In this document: piece by piece, positions 35,558-44,998 of the stretch
How positions within the stretch are numbered: the stretch's first letter is position 1
Layout: each line of letters opens with the position of its first letter
Virus record (IMG/VR): IMGVR_UViG_3300019768_000006
Coordinates: 1 to 50,345 of that record
Length of the DNA: 50,345 bases
Strand: one strand, 5' to 3'
Source of the DNA: a virus
Lineage: Duplodnaviria; Caudoviricetes
Made by a program: the position numbers and the translations under genes
Notes under the pieces: model-generated
The model's database searches: none
What the model saw: the letters and a program-made list of their open reading frames with translations, nothing else
Told to the model about the DNA's origin: nothing

Positions 35558-35791
35558 CTAAACCTCCAAGAGTTCTGAGAACTTTCTGAGGATTGATGAT
35601 TCATTATTTATAAATAACCAACAGTCTTCTCCATACAAAGTTCCTTCTTTAACAAACTTATATCTGCTTGTTCTAAAGAATTTTTTTAATGTGTTTAAAG
35701 ACCATACATTAGTTGTTACATAAATATTTGGTTCTTTATCGTTTGTATATTTAAAAAGTTGTTCTGCTCTCTTACATAATACTTTATTCAT
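35558..35791 (-). CDS. small protein, C-terminal-motif family
   Basis: AGGAG RBS; C-term SSILRKFSELL. Confidence 0.75.
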   Translation of the reverse strand: MNKVLCKRAEQLFKYTNDKEPNIYVTTNVWSLNTLKKFFRTSRYKFVKEGTLYGEDCWLFINNESSILRKFSELLEV

Positions 35792-35957
35792 TGTTATCTC
35801 CTAGATTTATATTCAAGGGCTATGATACGGTCTCTGAGTTCTGATAATTCTCTCAGTACATACCATGTTAAAAATATTATCATTAAATAAATCATATGAC
35901 CTCCTATTATGACCTGGTCTTAATACTAAGTATTAGTACCACTTTTACTATGTAAAT

Positions 35958-35986
35958 TTGACAAATGCAAAAATATATGATATAAT
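35958..35986 (+). promoter_or_regulatory. sigmaA promoter upstream of the GIY-YIG gene
   Basis: TTGACA-17 nt-TATAAT with TG extension. Confidence 0.8.
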
Positions 35987-36075
35987 CAAAATATAAAATA
36001 AACAATTTTTCCTCAAATAGCGCAAGCTGTGTCTATTTAATAAAATAGTTATATGAGCAAGCTCAAGGTATTTAT

Positions 36076-36540
36076 ATGTATGGTATAATTTATAAAATTA
36101 GAAATAAACTTAATAATAAAATTTATTTTGGTCAAACCGTCTCTTCTTTTAAAAACAGATATGGAAATAATTTATTAAAATTTTCTCATAATAATCATCT
36201 TAAAAATTCTATTAAAAAATATGGTATTGATAATTTTGAAATTGATGAAGAATTTGATATTGCATATTCTAAAGAAGAATTAAATAAATTAGAATATTAT
36301 TATATTGAACTTTATAATACAACAAATCCAAATAATGGATATAATAAAATCAAAGGTGGAAATTCTAAAAAATTATCAACAGAGACATTAATTAATAGAT
36401 ATACTATTGATAAGTCTATTCATGATAAAATAAAATTTGCAATTGAAGATTCTAATCTTAGTTGTAATATGATAGCAAAAGCTTTTAAAGTTTCTTGTGA
36501 TGTTGTTTTAAGAGTTAAGAAAAATAAATATAAATGGTAA
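36076..36540 (+). CDS. free-standing GIY-YIG homing endonuclease
   Basis: GIIYKIRNKLNNKIYFGQT, KKYGIDNF, LEYYYI, NGYN; very AT-rich; opposite strand to its neighbours. Confidence 0.9.
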   Translation: MYGIIYKIRNKLNNKIYFGQTVSSFKNRYGNNLLKFSHNNHLKNSIKKYGIDNFEIDEEFDIAYSKEELNKLEYYYIELYNTTNPNNGYNKIKGGNSKKLSTETLINRYTIDKSIHDKIKFAIEDSNLSCNMIAKAFKVSCDVVLRVKKNKYKW

Positions 36541-36597
36541 TTTTAAATTTGCTCAGAGGGGTGAGGGGGGAGAAGAATAACATTTTTTGAGAAAGCA

Positions 36598-36637
36598 ACT
36601 CAACAAGCGAAGCGAAGTTGAAAGTGCGAAGCACTTT
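36598..36637. other. tandem GCGAAGC mini-hairpins (possible origin/priming signal)
   Basis: TCAAC-AA-GCGAAGC-GAA-GTTGA and AAAGTGC-GAA-GCACTTT. Confidence 0.45.
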
Positions 36638-36640
36638 AAG

Positions 36641-36669
36641 GAAGGTCTTTAGAGGCCTTCTTTTTCTTT
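36641..36669 (+). terminator. intrinsic terminator
   Basis: GAAGGUCU-UUAG-AGGCCUUC followed by UUUUUCUUU. Confidence 0.7.
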
Positions 36670-36926
36670 GCGAGAAGCTTTACTTTCCCAATAATGTTAA
36701 CGGCGTGTAATCCTAACAGTTCTCCTTAAGCATTGCGCACACTCTCATTTATGTTGTCGAGAGAGCCCGTTACTTTTAGTGTGTTTCTCGGGGTTTCTGG
36801 TTTGATTACTCTACTACAAACCCTTTTTCGGTATGCCTGTCCAAGCCTTCTGAGCTCTGTGAAGAGTTCTGTACTCAACTAATACTACTCTATTACTAAG
36901 CCTTAGAACTCCTCAGAGGGCTTTAT

Positions 36927-37076
36927 TTAGTCATTTCTATCAGGATTGATGAAGGTTAATAGACCACCAGCAACTAAGAAAATAACTTCTTGTAATTCTA
37001 AGAATAATGAAGCAACTGCTACAATTCCAAGAATTATAAGTGTTAATGATTTGTTATCAATAATTTTTTTAAACAT
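36927..37076 (-). CDS. 49-aa two-TM membrane protein (holin-like)
   Basis: GGAG RBS; MFKKIIDNKSLTLIILGIVAVAS...VIFLVAGGLLTFINPDRND; below the ORF-track cutoff. Confidence 0.55.
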   Translation of the reverse strand: MFKKIIDNKSLTLIILGIVAVASLFLELQEVIFLVAGGLLTFINPDRND

Positions 37077-37363
37077 TAAATTTTTCTCCATACCTTTTTG
37101 GTAATTTCTACTTGTTTTACTCTATCACAATCAACTTCCTCATCCCAATATTCAGAATCGTAATTCCAATCTGTAAATGGAGAGCCACTTCTTCCTTCTA
37201 CTATAGAGTAATATTTGCCATTTTTTTCAAATATAATTGTTTTATATTGATATTTATAATCTTGAACCCATTCACTAACTTCAATTAATTTGTATCCGTT
37301 ATATTCAGTTCCAATTTCAAGCTCATCTATAACAATCATTATATCTTTTTTTGGAAATAACAT
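37076..37363 (-). CDS. hypothetical phage protein
   Basis: 95 aa, GAGGAG RBS. Confidence 0.75.
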   Translation of the reverse strand: MLFPKKDIMIVIDELEIGTEYNGYKLIEVSEWVQDYKYQYKTIIFEKNGKYYSIVEGRSGSPFTDWNYDSEYWDEEVDCDRVKQVEITKKVWRKI

Positions 37364-37571
37364 TAAATTCTCCTCGCTAACCTAGCGAATTATTTATTAG
37401 GTCATGCAGCACATTCTTCTGGGGCTGCTCCTGTGACCTTGTACTTACCATCTATTAGTTTTACTTCTACCCCTTTACGGACTTCACCTTCTATATCATT
37501 TTTGGAGATTCCTTCTCCAGTATCCATGATGCAGATTAGGTGAGGGCCCATGGGTTGTATTGCTACTATTT

Positions 37572-37832
37572 TCACTTAATCACCATTTGTTTATATATTT
37601 TTCTGAAGCAAATATAATTATATAAGTTGTTAGTTTTAAGTTGATAGACATGATCTATTTGAGTTGTCATTACTTTAAATCTTTCATGACCAACAGCTGC
37701 TATAATTAATTCTTCTTCTCTGCATTTTGTACATGCAATTATATTAAATAAGTATCCATCTCTTAGACAAGACCATAGGAATGCTGTTAAAAACATTCCC
37801 ATCATCAAGCTAAATATTATTAAATAAGTCAT
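37572..37832 (-). CDS. hypothetical membrane-anchored protein
   Basis: N-terminal hydrophobic helix. Confidence 0.55.
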   Translation of the reverse strand: MTYLIIFSLMMGMFLTAFLWSCLRDGYLFNIIACTKCREEELIIAAVGHERFKVMTTQIDHVYQLKTNNLYNYICFRKIYKQMVIK

Positions 37833-37838
37833 ACTATT

Positions 37839-38057
37839 TTACAATTCTGAAAGAGCAGTATCTTCATACGCTCTAGCTAATGCAAGTTTCATAGCCTTAT
37901 AAGGCTTATTGATGTCACCAGGTTTTCTCATTGCAGTTCCACTAAAACCATTCTTAAGTACAACTACTGTTACATTTCTCTCAATTGTAACATTAAATAC
38001 TTCTGGATAATTTTCCATGAATACTTCTTTTATTTTACCTAACTCTTTATTAGTCAT
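37839..38057 (-). CDS. hypothetical phage protein
   Basis: VTVVVL..G..GTA...PGD.......LALARA pattern seen in small phage proteins. Confidence 0.7.
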   Translation of the reverse strand: MTNKELGKIKEVFMENYPEVFNVTIERNVTVVVLKNGFSGTAMRKPGDINKPYKAMKLALARAYEDTALSEL

Positions 38058-38325
38058 TTTCCTTCTCCGTTTCTTCTACGGGATCACTAGGAGTATCTTC
38101 TTCTTGAGCTTGCTCTGGTTCTCTAGCCTTTTTCTCAAGTTTATCAAATTCATCTTGGCCAAATGTAAATCTAATCAACTCATAAGCATCTGAAATAAGT
38201 TTCATAAACTCTTGATAAGATTGTGCTTCTGATATTGTAAAGGTTCTCTCTAATGATGTACCAGCATCATCCGAATAGTTTACTTTGATTTGTGCTCTGT
38301 ATTGCTTTGCTTGTTGTATTGACAT
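38050..38325 (-). CDS. hypothetical protein
   Basis: 91 aa, GGAG RBS. Confidence 0.7.
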   Translation of the reverse strand: MSIQQAKQYRAQIKVNYSDDAGTSLERTFTISEAQSYQEFMKLISDAYELIRFTFGQDEFDKLEKKAREPEQAQEEDTPSDPVEETEKEND

Positions 38326-38427
38326 TCATTTCTCCGCTTGTTCTTCAAGCTAAATTCTAATTTAAACTCTAAATCCTTATCAAATATATTGATAGAATCT
38401 AGTAAAGTTCCGACACTTCCAAGTGTC

Positions 38428-38875
38428 TTACTTAAAACCTTCCCTAAACTTTTCACGTTGTGCCTCCGTCTGAGCTTTCACTAAGACCTCTACTCTAGGG
38501 TTTTCTCTATCTAAAAAGCAGCCTTGAACCCTTGGTAGTATATAATAATCATTTTCAACGAAAGTACCTTGTAAGCCATCAAAGAATATTTTAAATGTGT
38601 TATGGCTATCTCGGTATCTACGGTCAGGGAAAATAATATATTAAGTCTACATAAAACCAGACTTGTTCGTTTTCGTGTTGCCATCCAGATTCTTCTATTA
38701 TCTTTAACACATGAGCTTTACATCTAGCCATCCATAATTTAGCATGAGATTTAATACCTCTTCTACCATTATAGAATGCATTATTACTAGATGGTGGAAT
38801 CACCACAGAGAATAGAAGTTTCTGTCTAGGCTTATTAGGGGTTTGAAATTTTAAGTCTTTATTAGTGGTTGCCAT
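38428..38875 (-). CDS. rusA: RusA-like Holliday junction resolvase split by a +1 frameshift at CCC-TGA
   Basis: Frame 1: IPPSSNNAF...YYFP-TGA(38626-38624). +1 frame: PDRRYRDSHNTFKIFFDGLQGTFVENDYYI...DRENPRVEV...-TAA, carrying the D..N..K...D.L......ND pattern. Confidence 0.8.
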
Positions 38876-39587
38876 TATAAATCTTCAAGGCTACCGAAAT
38901 TTCTCTACGACTTCCTTTAAAGGTTGCTACTGGGAAACCAGGAGATACTCTTTGAAGGTTCATTCCATCTGGATATGTTTCATCGTAGTCTAAAGCTGAA
39001 CCAGTTAATATAAAGTGTTGCGTTATTTCTTCAACTTGTACAGTTTTAGGGATTGTGAATTGTCTTGATGTACATCCTAATTTGTGAGTGTGCCCCATTG
39101 CATATACATCTGATACAGTTTTTTCAGCCATCTTGATACATTTATTAAATGAGTTTCCTATTGTGCCAGCTCCACCTGATCCATGCCACATATTCACTGT
39201 ATATCTAATTCTTCCTAGAGTATATTTCACAACTCCAGTATATCTTAAATAAGGAACATCTAAGGCCTGTGCAATGAGCTTTGTAACATCAATACCAGTC
39301 ATTTTATAAATTCTAGCTTCATGATTACCTTCTACAATACCATCGATTAAATCTCTATATGGTCTGAACAATTCTATTGCTCGCTCTATTTGGGCATCTA
39401 CGGTTAAATTGGTTTCAATTATACCAGCACCAATTGAGCTTTTTGTTGCACACTCCAGCAAATCACCCATTAGTAAAATTCGATAGTGTTCTCTGTCTGA
39501 GTCGATTTCATCAAACATCATTTGTAGAACATTTTGGTTGAAGCTTATATGACCTATATGAAGGTCTCCAATAAAGGCTAACTTCAT
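38862..39587 (-). CDS. calcineurin-like metallophosphoesterase
   Basis: GDLHIG, GDLLE, GNHE, WHG, GHTH. Confidence 0.92.
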   Translation of the reverse strand: MKLAFIGDLHIGHISFNQNVLQMMFDEIDSDREHYRILLMGDLLECATKSSIGAGIIETNLTVDAQIERAIELFRPYRDLIDGIVEGNHEARIYKMTGIDVTKLIAQALDVPYLRYTGVVKYTLGRIRYTVNMWHGSGGAGTIGNSFNKCIKMAEKTVSDVYAMGHTHKLGCTSRQFTIPKTVQVEEITQHFILTGSALDYDETYPDGMNLQRVSPGFPVATFKGSRREISVALKIYNGNH

Positions 39588-39649
39588 ATAATCCTGTGGC
39601 CCTTCGTAGCCACCTGTTACATATTTGATAGTATCCCTCCGCCTCTCGG

Positions 39650-39856
39650 CTAGTCTTCCATAACCAATACTGTGACTATTACTATCGCATATATTATTGT
39701 CATTATATTATTCACTACAGGAATAACAGCTAAAAGAAGCAATCTCAATAAAGTTATTTCCTTTGCCGTTCCTTTCGTAGATATATATACTGTAAATAAT
39801 ATATTCAGTATTAGAGAAAGTACATAAATATTAAACATTTTCTTTATCCTTTTCAA
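39650..39856 (-). CDS. small membrane protein
   Basis: Two hydrophobic segments. Confidence 0.6.
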   Translation of the reverse strand: MKRIKKMFNIYVLSLILNILFTVYISTKGTAKEITLLRLLLLAVIPVVNNIMTIIYAIVIVTVLVMED

Positions 39857-40025
39857 ACATTTTGTTAACTAACATAGTATCTCTAAATTGTCTGAGTTGT
39901 TCTGTTAAATATGTTATCCACCAAAGTTCACTAGATATTACTCCAGATTCTTTTGCCTTCTCATACATATCATCGAACATTTCAATTTGTTCGTTTACTA
40001 TATCAATTAATGCATCTCTTTTCAT
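39831..40025 (-). CDS. hypothetical protein
   Basis: AAGGAG RBS. Confidence 0.65.
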   Translation of the reverse strand: MKRDALIDIVNEQIEMFDDMYEKAKESGVISSELWWITYLTEQLRQFRDTMLVNKMFEKDKENV

Positions 40026-40316
40026 TTAATGCTCCTTACATGTACATACCGCACAGTTACCGCAGCATTTTGAATCCTCTTTATATTCCCATTTTTCAAA
40101 TTCAAATACAGGAACGAAAATCCATTTTCCATCTTCTCTTTTTTGAACTACCCAGCCAGCTGGATGGTCTCTTTCTTGGACGTCTGTATCGATGTCTAAT
40201 TGACTCATATCATAATCCTTATAATTAACCATCTCAGTATAACTATATAATTCTTTTGTATATCCTATTTCAGATTTAGGGATACCTTCTATATCATATA
40301 CTGTTATATATTTCAT
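40026..40316 (-). CDS. hypothetical protein with Cys-rich C-terminus
   Basis: CCGNCAVCTC; GAGG RBS. Confidence 0.7.
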   Translation of the reverse strand: MKYITVYDIEGIPKSEIGYTKELYSYTEMVNYKDYDMSQLDIDTDVQERDHPAGWVVQKREDGKWIFVPVFEFEKWEYKEDSKCCGNCAVCTCKEH

Positions 40317-41299
40317 CTTTTTAAATTACCTCTTAGGTTTATCCATTCTTGATCTTCAGCACCAGCACAATGACCAGCCTTTGCTACATCACAGAAATTA
40401 GCACAATAATAAGAATTGATTTTTGAAGGTATACTCCAGTTACCTTGGTAAACTCTTGCGAATATTCTTTTAATTTTTCGAGCTGTCTCTTGGAGACTAA
40501 TTACATATTCACGTTTTACAACAGTACATATATACTTATCATCATCAACCCTTTCGAAGGTTCTCTTTTTACCATCTTCAGTAAAGATGAAAGTAAACCT
40601 TTTTGGTAGTTTCCCATATTTCTGTCGGTAAGCCATTATATAAATTGGTACTTGTAGATCGTCTTTAAGTTTCTTTCCATAATAACATTTGCCAGATTTA
40701 TAATCTACTAATTCAACTTCATTGTCTTCAAGTGGATTAATTCTATCTATTGTTCCAGAGATTTTTTGACAACCATCTATATCTAAGAATAGTTTTATCT
40801 CAGTTTCAATAGGGTCTGGTGCGGTCTTTTCGTATTCAAGATATGTCTCAATACTTGCAGTAGCTCTATCATACATTTTTGTAATTATATTACCCTTAAC
40901 AAGTTGTTGAGCTGCTTCTTTATGTTTAGTACCTTCTTCAGTTTCAAGATACTTCATAAACCTTACAGTAAACTCTGTGTAAAGTACACTAAATTCTCTG
41001 TCGATTTTATATAAAGATGCTAATTCAAATACATCATGTAATACGTTTCCTACATGAGACCATATATTTCCTTCTGAGTCTACGCCCTCTATCGCAGTTT
41101 TATAACAAGCATATGGGCAAACTTCAAAAAGAGTTAGCCAAGACCTTCTCCAGACTTCTGGAATATTATTTTTTTCATCTTTGCATTCTTCGCAAATGCC
41201 TTTGAGAGTTACGTGACATATGTCACACAATCCCTCAGAGCATTCTTTGCAACTTAATGCAAATGGTGGTAGGTCTTTTCCACAGTTTTTACATTTCAT
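40313..41299 (-). CDS. PD-(D/E)xK RecB/Cas4-like exonuclease with N-terminal Zn finger
   Basis: SWL..F..CP, GNVLH, GTIDRI, LVDYKSG, Q..IY, C..FC......C. Confidence 0.88.
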   Translation of the reverse strand: MKCKNCGKDLPPFALSCKECSEGLCDICHVTLKGICEECKDEKNNIPEVWRRSWLTLFEVCPYACYKTAIEGVDSEGNIWSHVGNVLHDVFELASLYKIDREFSVLYTEFTVRFMKYLETEEGTKHKEAAQQLVKGNIITKMYDRATASIETYLEYEKTAPDPIETEIKLFLDIDGCQKISGTIDRINPLEDNEVELVDYKSGKCYYGKKLKDDLQVPIYIMAYRQKYGKLPKRFTFIFTEDGKKRTFERVDDDKYICTVVKREYVISLQETARKIKRIFARVYQGNWSIPSKINSYYCANFCDVAKAGHCAGAEDQEWINLRGNLKR

Positions 41300-41728
41300 T
41301 TAATCACCGAATAAGTCAATAAACTTTTGTTTAATTGGGTTCATCACATATATATGATTTCCATTTATTTTATAAATATCTCCTACATATTTATGATAAC
41401 GTAATCTTTTATTGCCAAATGTCAATCCACAAGAGATAAGGCGAGATTGTTTTAGTTTGTTTTTAAATATTAAAACTGAGCCATCATACATCTCAAGAAT
41501 GTCTCCTGGATTTAAAGTAATACCAACAGGAAGACAATAATATGTGCCTACCGTTTCCCAGGAATATATTGAATCAATTTTAATAAGAAAATTATTATTA
41601 AATGAATATTCTTTTATTCCTTTGACTTTTCTTATACGCTCAAGATTATAACTAAAATATTCAACAATATCTCCACAATACTCTTTGTAGAACATTTTTT
41701 TTATTTTAAAAAATTCAGATTCTGTCAT
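41300..41728 (-). CDS. protein of the C-terminal-motif family
   Basis: LNPGDIL internal KOW-like segment; C-term NPIKQKFIDLF. Confidence 0.7.
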   Translation of the reverse strand: MTESEFFKIKKMFYKEYCGDIVEYFSYNLERIRKVKGIKEYSFNNNFLIKIDSIYSWETVGTYYCLPVGITLNPGDILEMYDGSVLIFKNKLKQSRLISCGLTFGNKRLRYHKYVGDIYKINGNHIYVMNPIKQKFIDLFGD

Positions 41729-41732
41729 TTCA

Positions 41733-44729
41733 TTACTCCAATTCAAGTTTCTTAACTTTATTAATTATTAGGCTAGTACCTGATTTGACTCCTTTGACTG
41801 CAACGAATTGATTAACAGAAAATACTTCACGCATTTTATCGGACCATGTACTTGAAAATACTAAGCCTTTAACACTACCATATTGAGATGTTAATGTTAT
41901 AAATGCCATAGTGTTACCGTTCTTATCTTTTCTTTCAGAAAGTTCAGTAACTTCTCCAGCAAGTATTACTGTTTCTCGTTCTTCAAATTTGTCAAACGAT
42001 TTATAATGAAACTTTTCTAAAGGGTGTTTTGTTAAATACATTCCAAGGCTTTCTTTTTCGAAGTCAGCTTTATGAATATCACTATATTCTGGAAAATCAG
42101 TCTTAGGTATTTCTAAGATTTCTTCTGCAGAATTAATGAGATTAAATCTATTGGAATCAATATAATCAAAACAACCAGCCTTAATAAGATTCATTATTAC
42201 ATTAGTTTTCAAATCAGTTCTTTGAGTATTCTCAATAAGACTTCTAAGGTCTTTGATTGGCCTATGCAAAAGAATTGATTTAATTGCAGCATCACCTACT
42301 TGTTCTATAGATGTAATTCTAAAATATATTGTATCGCCTTTAGCAACAAATTTTTCAGTAGAATTATTTATATCAGGTGGTGCTATTTTTATTTTTTGTT
42401 TTTTAACTTCAGCTATTAAATCAGCCAGCTTATCTGAGTCGTCTCCATGTTTTGTCATTAGACTTGCATAGAAGTGAGCGGGATAGTGGTATTTTAGCCA
42501 AGCTGATTGCAAACTCAAGATAGCGTATGAGACAGCGTGACTTTTATTAAATGAATAACCATCACTTGCAGCTTGTACTATTTCAGACCAAATCCTTGTC
42601 AATAGCGGCTTTTTAAATCCTCTACTGATACTATCACTGATAAATTTATTCTGAAGCTCTGTGTCAGCACATAAATCTTTGTTTTTACGTACATGTTTGT
42701 CAGCATATGCTATAGACCACCCAGCAAAGACTTTACAGTCCATTTCATACTGTTCTTGGTATGCTATAATTCCAAAGGTCTCTTCTAGGTATGGTTTACG
42801 GAGTGGGTGTAAGTCATATGCTTTCCCATTGCGTCTTGCAATGTATTCGTCCCAATCTCCTACACCTGGTCTTAACAATGCATTGATTGCTATAAGGTCT
42901 TTAAAGTTTTTAGGTTTTTGCTCAAGTAACATATGGGATTGACCAGCTAACTGGAAAACCCCACTTGCATTACCTTGAGATAACATCTCATAAACTAAAG
43001 GGTCATTATAGTTTATTTTGTGTAAATCAATATCTACATCCATGTCAAGTTTAATTGACTTAACTGCATCTTCATTAACAGTTAAAGACGTCAATCCTAG
43101 CAAGTCAAATTTCACATGCCCAAGCCATTCAAGCATTTTCTTATCAAGATATGCTATGAGTCGATTACGGTTTGCTGAAACTGTTCTTACCGGAATTAGT
43201 TCGCTGATGTTTGGATATATCAATACTCCACCAGCATGTACACCAACATGACTGATGACATTATAAAGTCTTTTTATAACTTCGTATTCTTCAGGATTTT
43301 TAATACAATGTTTTTTAAAGGCTTTTGATTTTCTATATGCATCATCTAAGGTATCGCCTAATTCGTCAATTGGTTTTGTTAGAGATGTGATATAGTAGCT
43401 TTGATAACCAAATGCAGATAACACTTTTCGTATTACAGCTTTGGTTGTTAGATAAATATAGTTCCCTACTAGGGCTACATTTTCAATCCCGTAAGTTTCA
43501 ATTAGGTAATCAATAACCCTTTCTCTATCAGAGAAATCTACGTCGAAGTCTGGGATACGACCATTAGAAAGGAATCTTTCAAAGAGTAGATTATATTCCT
43601 CTGGGTTTACCTCGGTTATTCCTAATGTGAAGGCTGTCTTAGAACCCGCTCCTGAGCCTCTCCCATCTCCGACGAGTATTCCATTGGACCTTGCCCAATT
43701 TACATAATCTTGTACTATGAGAAAGTAGTCTGCGAATCCCTCTTTACATATAACGTCTAACTCGGTGGCAACGTCATCTTTAAATTCTTTAGAGTGTAGG
43801 CCATCGCCTAGGATTCTCTCTTTATAGCTTTTAGTTACCATTCTACGTAAAGTAGGTTGACCATCTTCACCTTTTGGAAGGGTGTGATAAGATGGAAAAT
43901 AAGTGCCTTGTTCAATTGTTGCGTTGCAACGGTCTGCAATCTCAAGGGTATTCTGAAGTGCTTTATGGGCGATCTCTTCGTCAAACTTGATGTAGTCTAA
44001 CATTTCATCATAAGTTTTAAAATGATAATCGTCACAATCGAATCTGAACCGATTTTCATCAGTCATTTTCTTTTTTGTTTGAATTGCTAGAAGAACTTCG
44101 TGAGCATATGCATCTTCCTTTTCAACGTAATGGCAATCATTGGTGAGTATCATCTCAGCACCTATCTTATAGGCAATTTGAATCAACCCATTATTCACAA
44201 TGGTTTGCTGTTCGCTTAATGAGGACTGCAATTCAATATAGAAACGGTCTCCAAAAATTTCTTGAAACTCTACAGCCATTTCAAGTGCTTCTTCTTCTTG
44301 ACCATTCTTTATGAGATAGCCAATCGGATTAGCTACACACGCAGAAGTTATTATTATACCTTCATTGTGCCGCTTTAGTCTTTTCATATCAATACAAGGT
44401 TTACGGCTTGTGAAGCCGAGGTCTGAGAAAGCAAACCTTTGAAGTTTTAATATGTTAGACCAACCTGTGTTATTCATTGCAAGTGCTACGAGGTGTCCTA
44501 CCCCGTATTCTGTTTTTATATAAAATTCTGTACCCAAGATGGGTTTGATTGGAGTTCCTTTACAAAGTTTAAACAACTCATAAGCACCACTAGATGAACC
44601 GTGATCTGTTATTGCTAGTGCTGGCATTCCGAGTTTAATCGCTTTGTTGATATAATCTTGGATACTCCCAAGACCATCTAGTTCAGAATAGTATGAATGT
44701 GTGTGTGTATGAACAAATGTTTTATTCAT
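41733..44729 (-). CDS. dnaE: DNA polymerase III alpha subunit (DnaE type)
   Basis: PHP domain HTHTHSYYSELDG, AITDHG; GRGSGAGS; PDFDVDF; KFDLLGL; YSFNKSHA; C-terminal OB fold; start at MNKTF after AGGAG. Confidence 0.97.
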   Translation of the reverse strand: MNKTFVHTHTHSYYSELDGLGSIQDYINKAIKLGMPALAITDHGSSSGAYELFKLCKGTPIKPILGTEFYIKTEYGVGHLVALAMNNTGWSNILKLQRFAFSDLGFTSRKPCIDMKRLKRHNEGIIITSACVANPIGYLIKNGQEEEALEMAVEFQEIFGDRFYIELQSSLSEQQTIVNNGLIQIAYKIGAEMILTNDCHYVEKEDAYAHEVLLAIQTKKKMTDENRFRFDCDDYHFKTYDEMLDYIKFDEEIAHKALQNTLEIADRCNATIEQGTYFPSYHTLPKGEDGQPTLRRMVTKSYKERILGDGLHSKEFKDDVATELDVICKEGFADYFLIVQDYVNWARSNGILVGDGRGSGAGSKTAFTLGITEVNPEEYNLLFERFLSNGRIPDFDVDFSDRERVIDYLIETYGIENVALVGNYIYLTTKAVIRKVLSAFGYQSYYITSLTKPIDELGDTLDDAYRKSKAFKKHCIKNPEEYEVIKRLYNVISHVGVHAGGVLIYPNISELIPVRTVSANRNRLIAYLDKKMLEWLGHVKFDLLGLTSLTVNEDAVKSIKLDMDVDIDLHKINYNDPLVYEMLSQGNASGVFQLAGQSHMLLEQKPKNFKDLIAINALLRPGVGDWDEYIARRNGKAYDLHPLRKPYLEETFGIIAYQEQYEMDCKVFAGWSIAYADKHVRKNKDLCADTELQNKFISDSISRGFKKPLLTRIWSEIVQAASDGYSFNKSHAVSYAILSLQSAWLKYHYPAHFYASLMTKHGDDSDKLADLIAEVKKQKIKIAPPDINNSTEKFVAKGDTIYFRITSIEQVGDAAIKSILLHRPIKDLRSLIENTQRTDLKTNVIMNLIKAGCFDYIDSNRFNLINSAEEILEIPKTDFPEYSDIHKADFEKESLGMYLTKHPLEKFHYKSFDKFEERETVILAGEVTELSERKDKNGNTMAFITLTSQYGSVKGLVFSSTWSDKMREVFSVNQFVAVKGVKSGTSLIINKVKKLELE

Positions 44730-44737
44730 TGTTTCTC

Positions 44738-44998
44738 CTAAAATAGTTTGGAGAATTTTTCTAAGATTGGCGATAAGTTTGCAAAGTCTATTTTTCCAAC
44801 TTCTACATTCCATACATGGCCATGTTTACCTTTTGCATTTCCATTACCAGAATGACCATTTATATTATTATCAAATTCTATTCTTACATTAGTAGTACCG
44901 TTTAATTGAATTACTGTGCCAATTTGATTAATTATTTTTTTATTTTTATCTTGTTCTTGCAAACATATAACTCTGTCGCCTACTTTAAATTTATTCAT
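44738..44998 (-). CDS. small KOW/SH3-like protein, C-terminal-motif family
   Basis: MNKFKVGDRV; C-term SPILEKFSKLF; internal FDNNINGH..G...GHVW resembles 3588..3833. Confidence 0.8.
   Translation of the reverse strand: MNKFKVGDRVICLQEQDKNKKIINQIGTVIQLNGTTNVRIEFDNNINGHSGNGNAKGKHGHVWNVEVGKIDFANLSPILEKFSKLF

Noticed and set aside
22413-36540. Group I introns or inteins associated with the HNH and GIY-YIG genes
   Set aside because: Both have their own promoters and flanking genes appear complete; no intein motifs were seen in TerL, DnaB or DnaE
44730-44813. 28-aa N-terminal extension of DnaE
   Set aside because: It overlaps the tagged ORF 44738..44998; the RBS and PHP motif support ATG 44729
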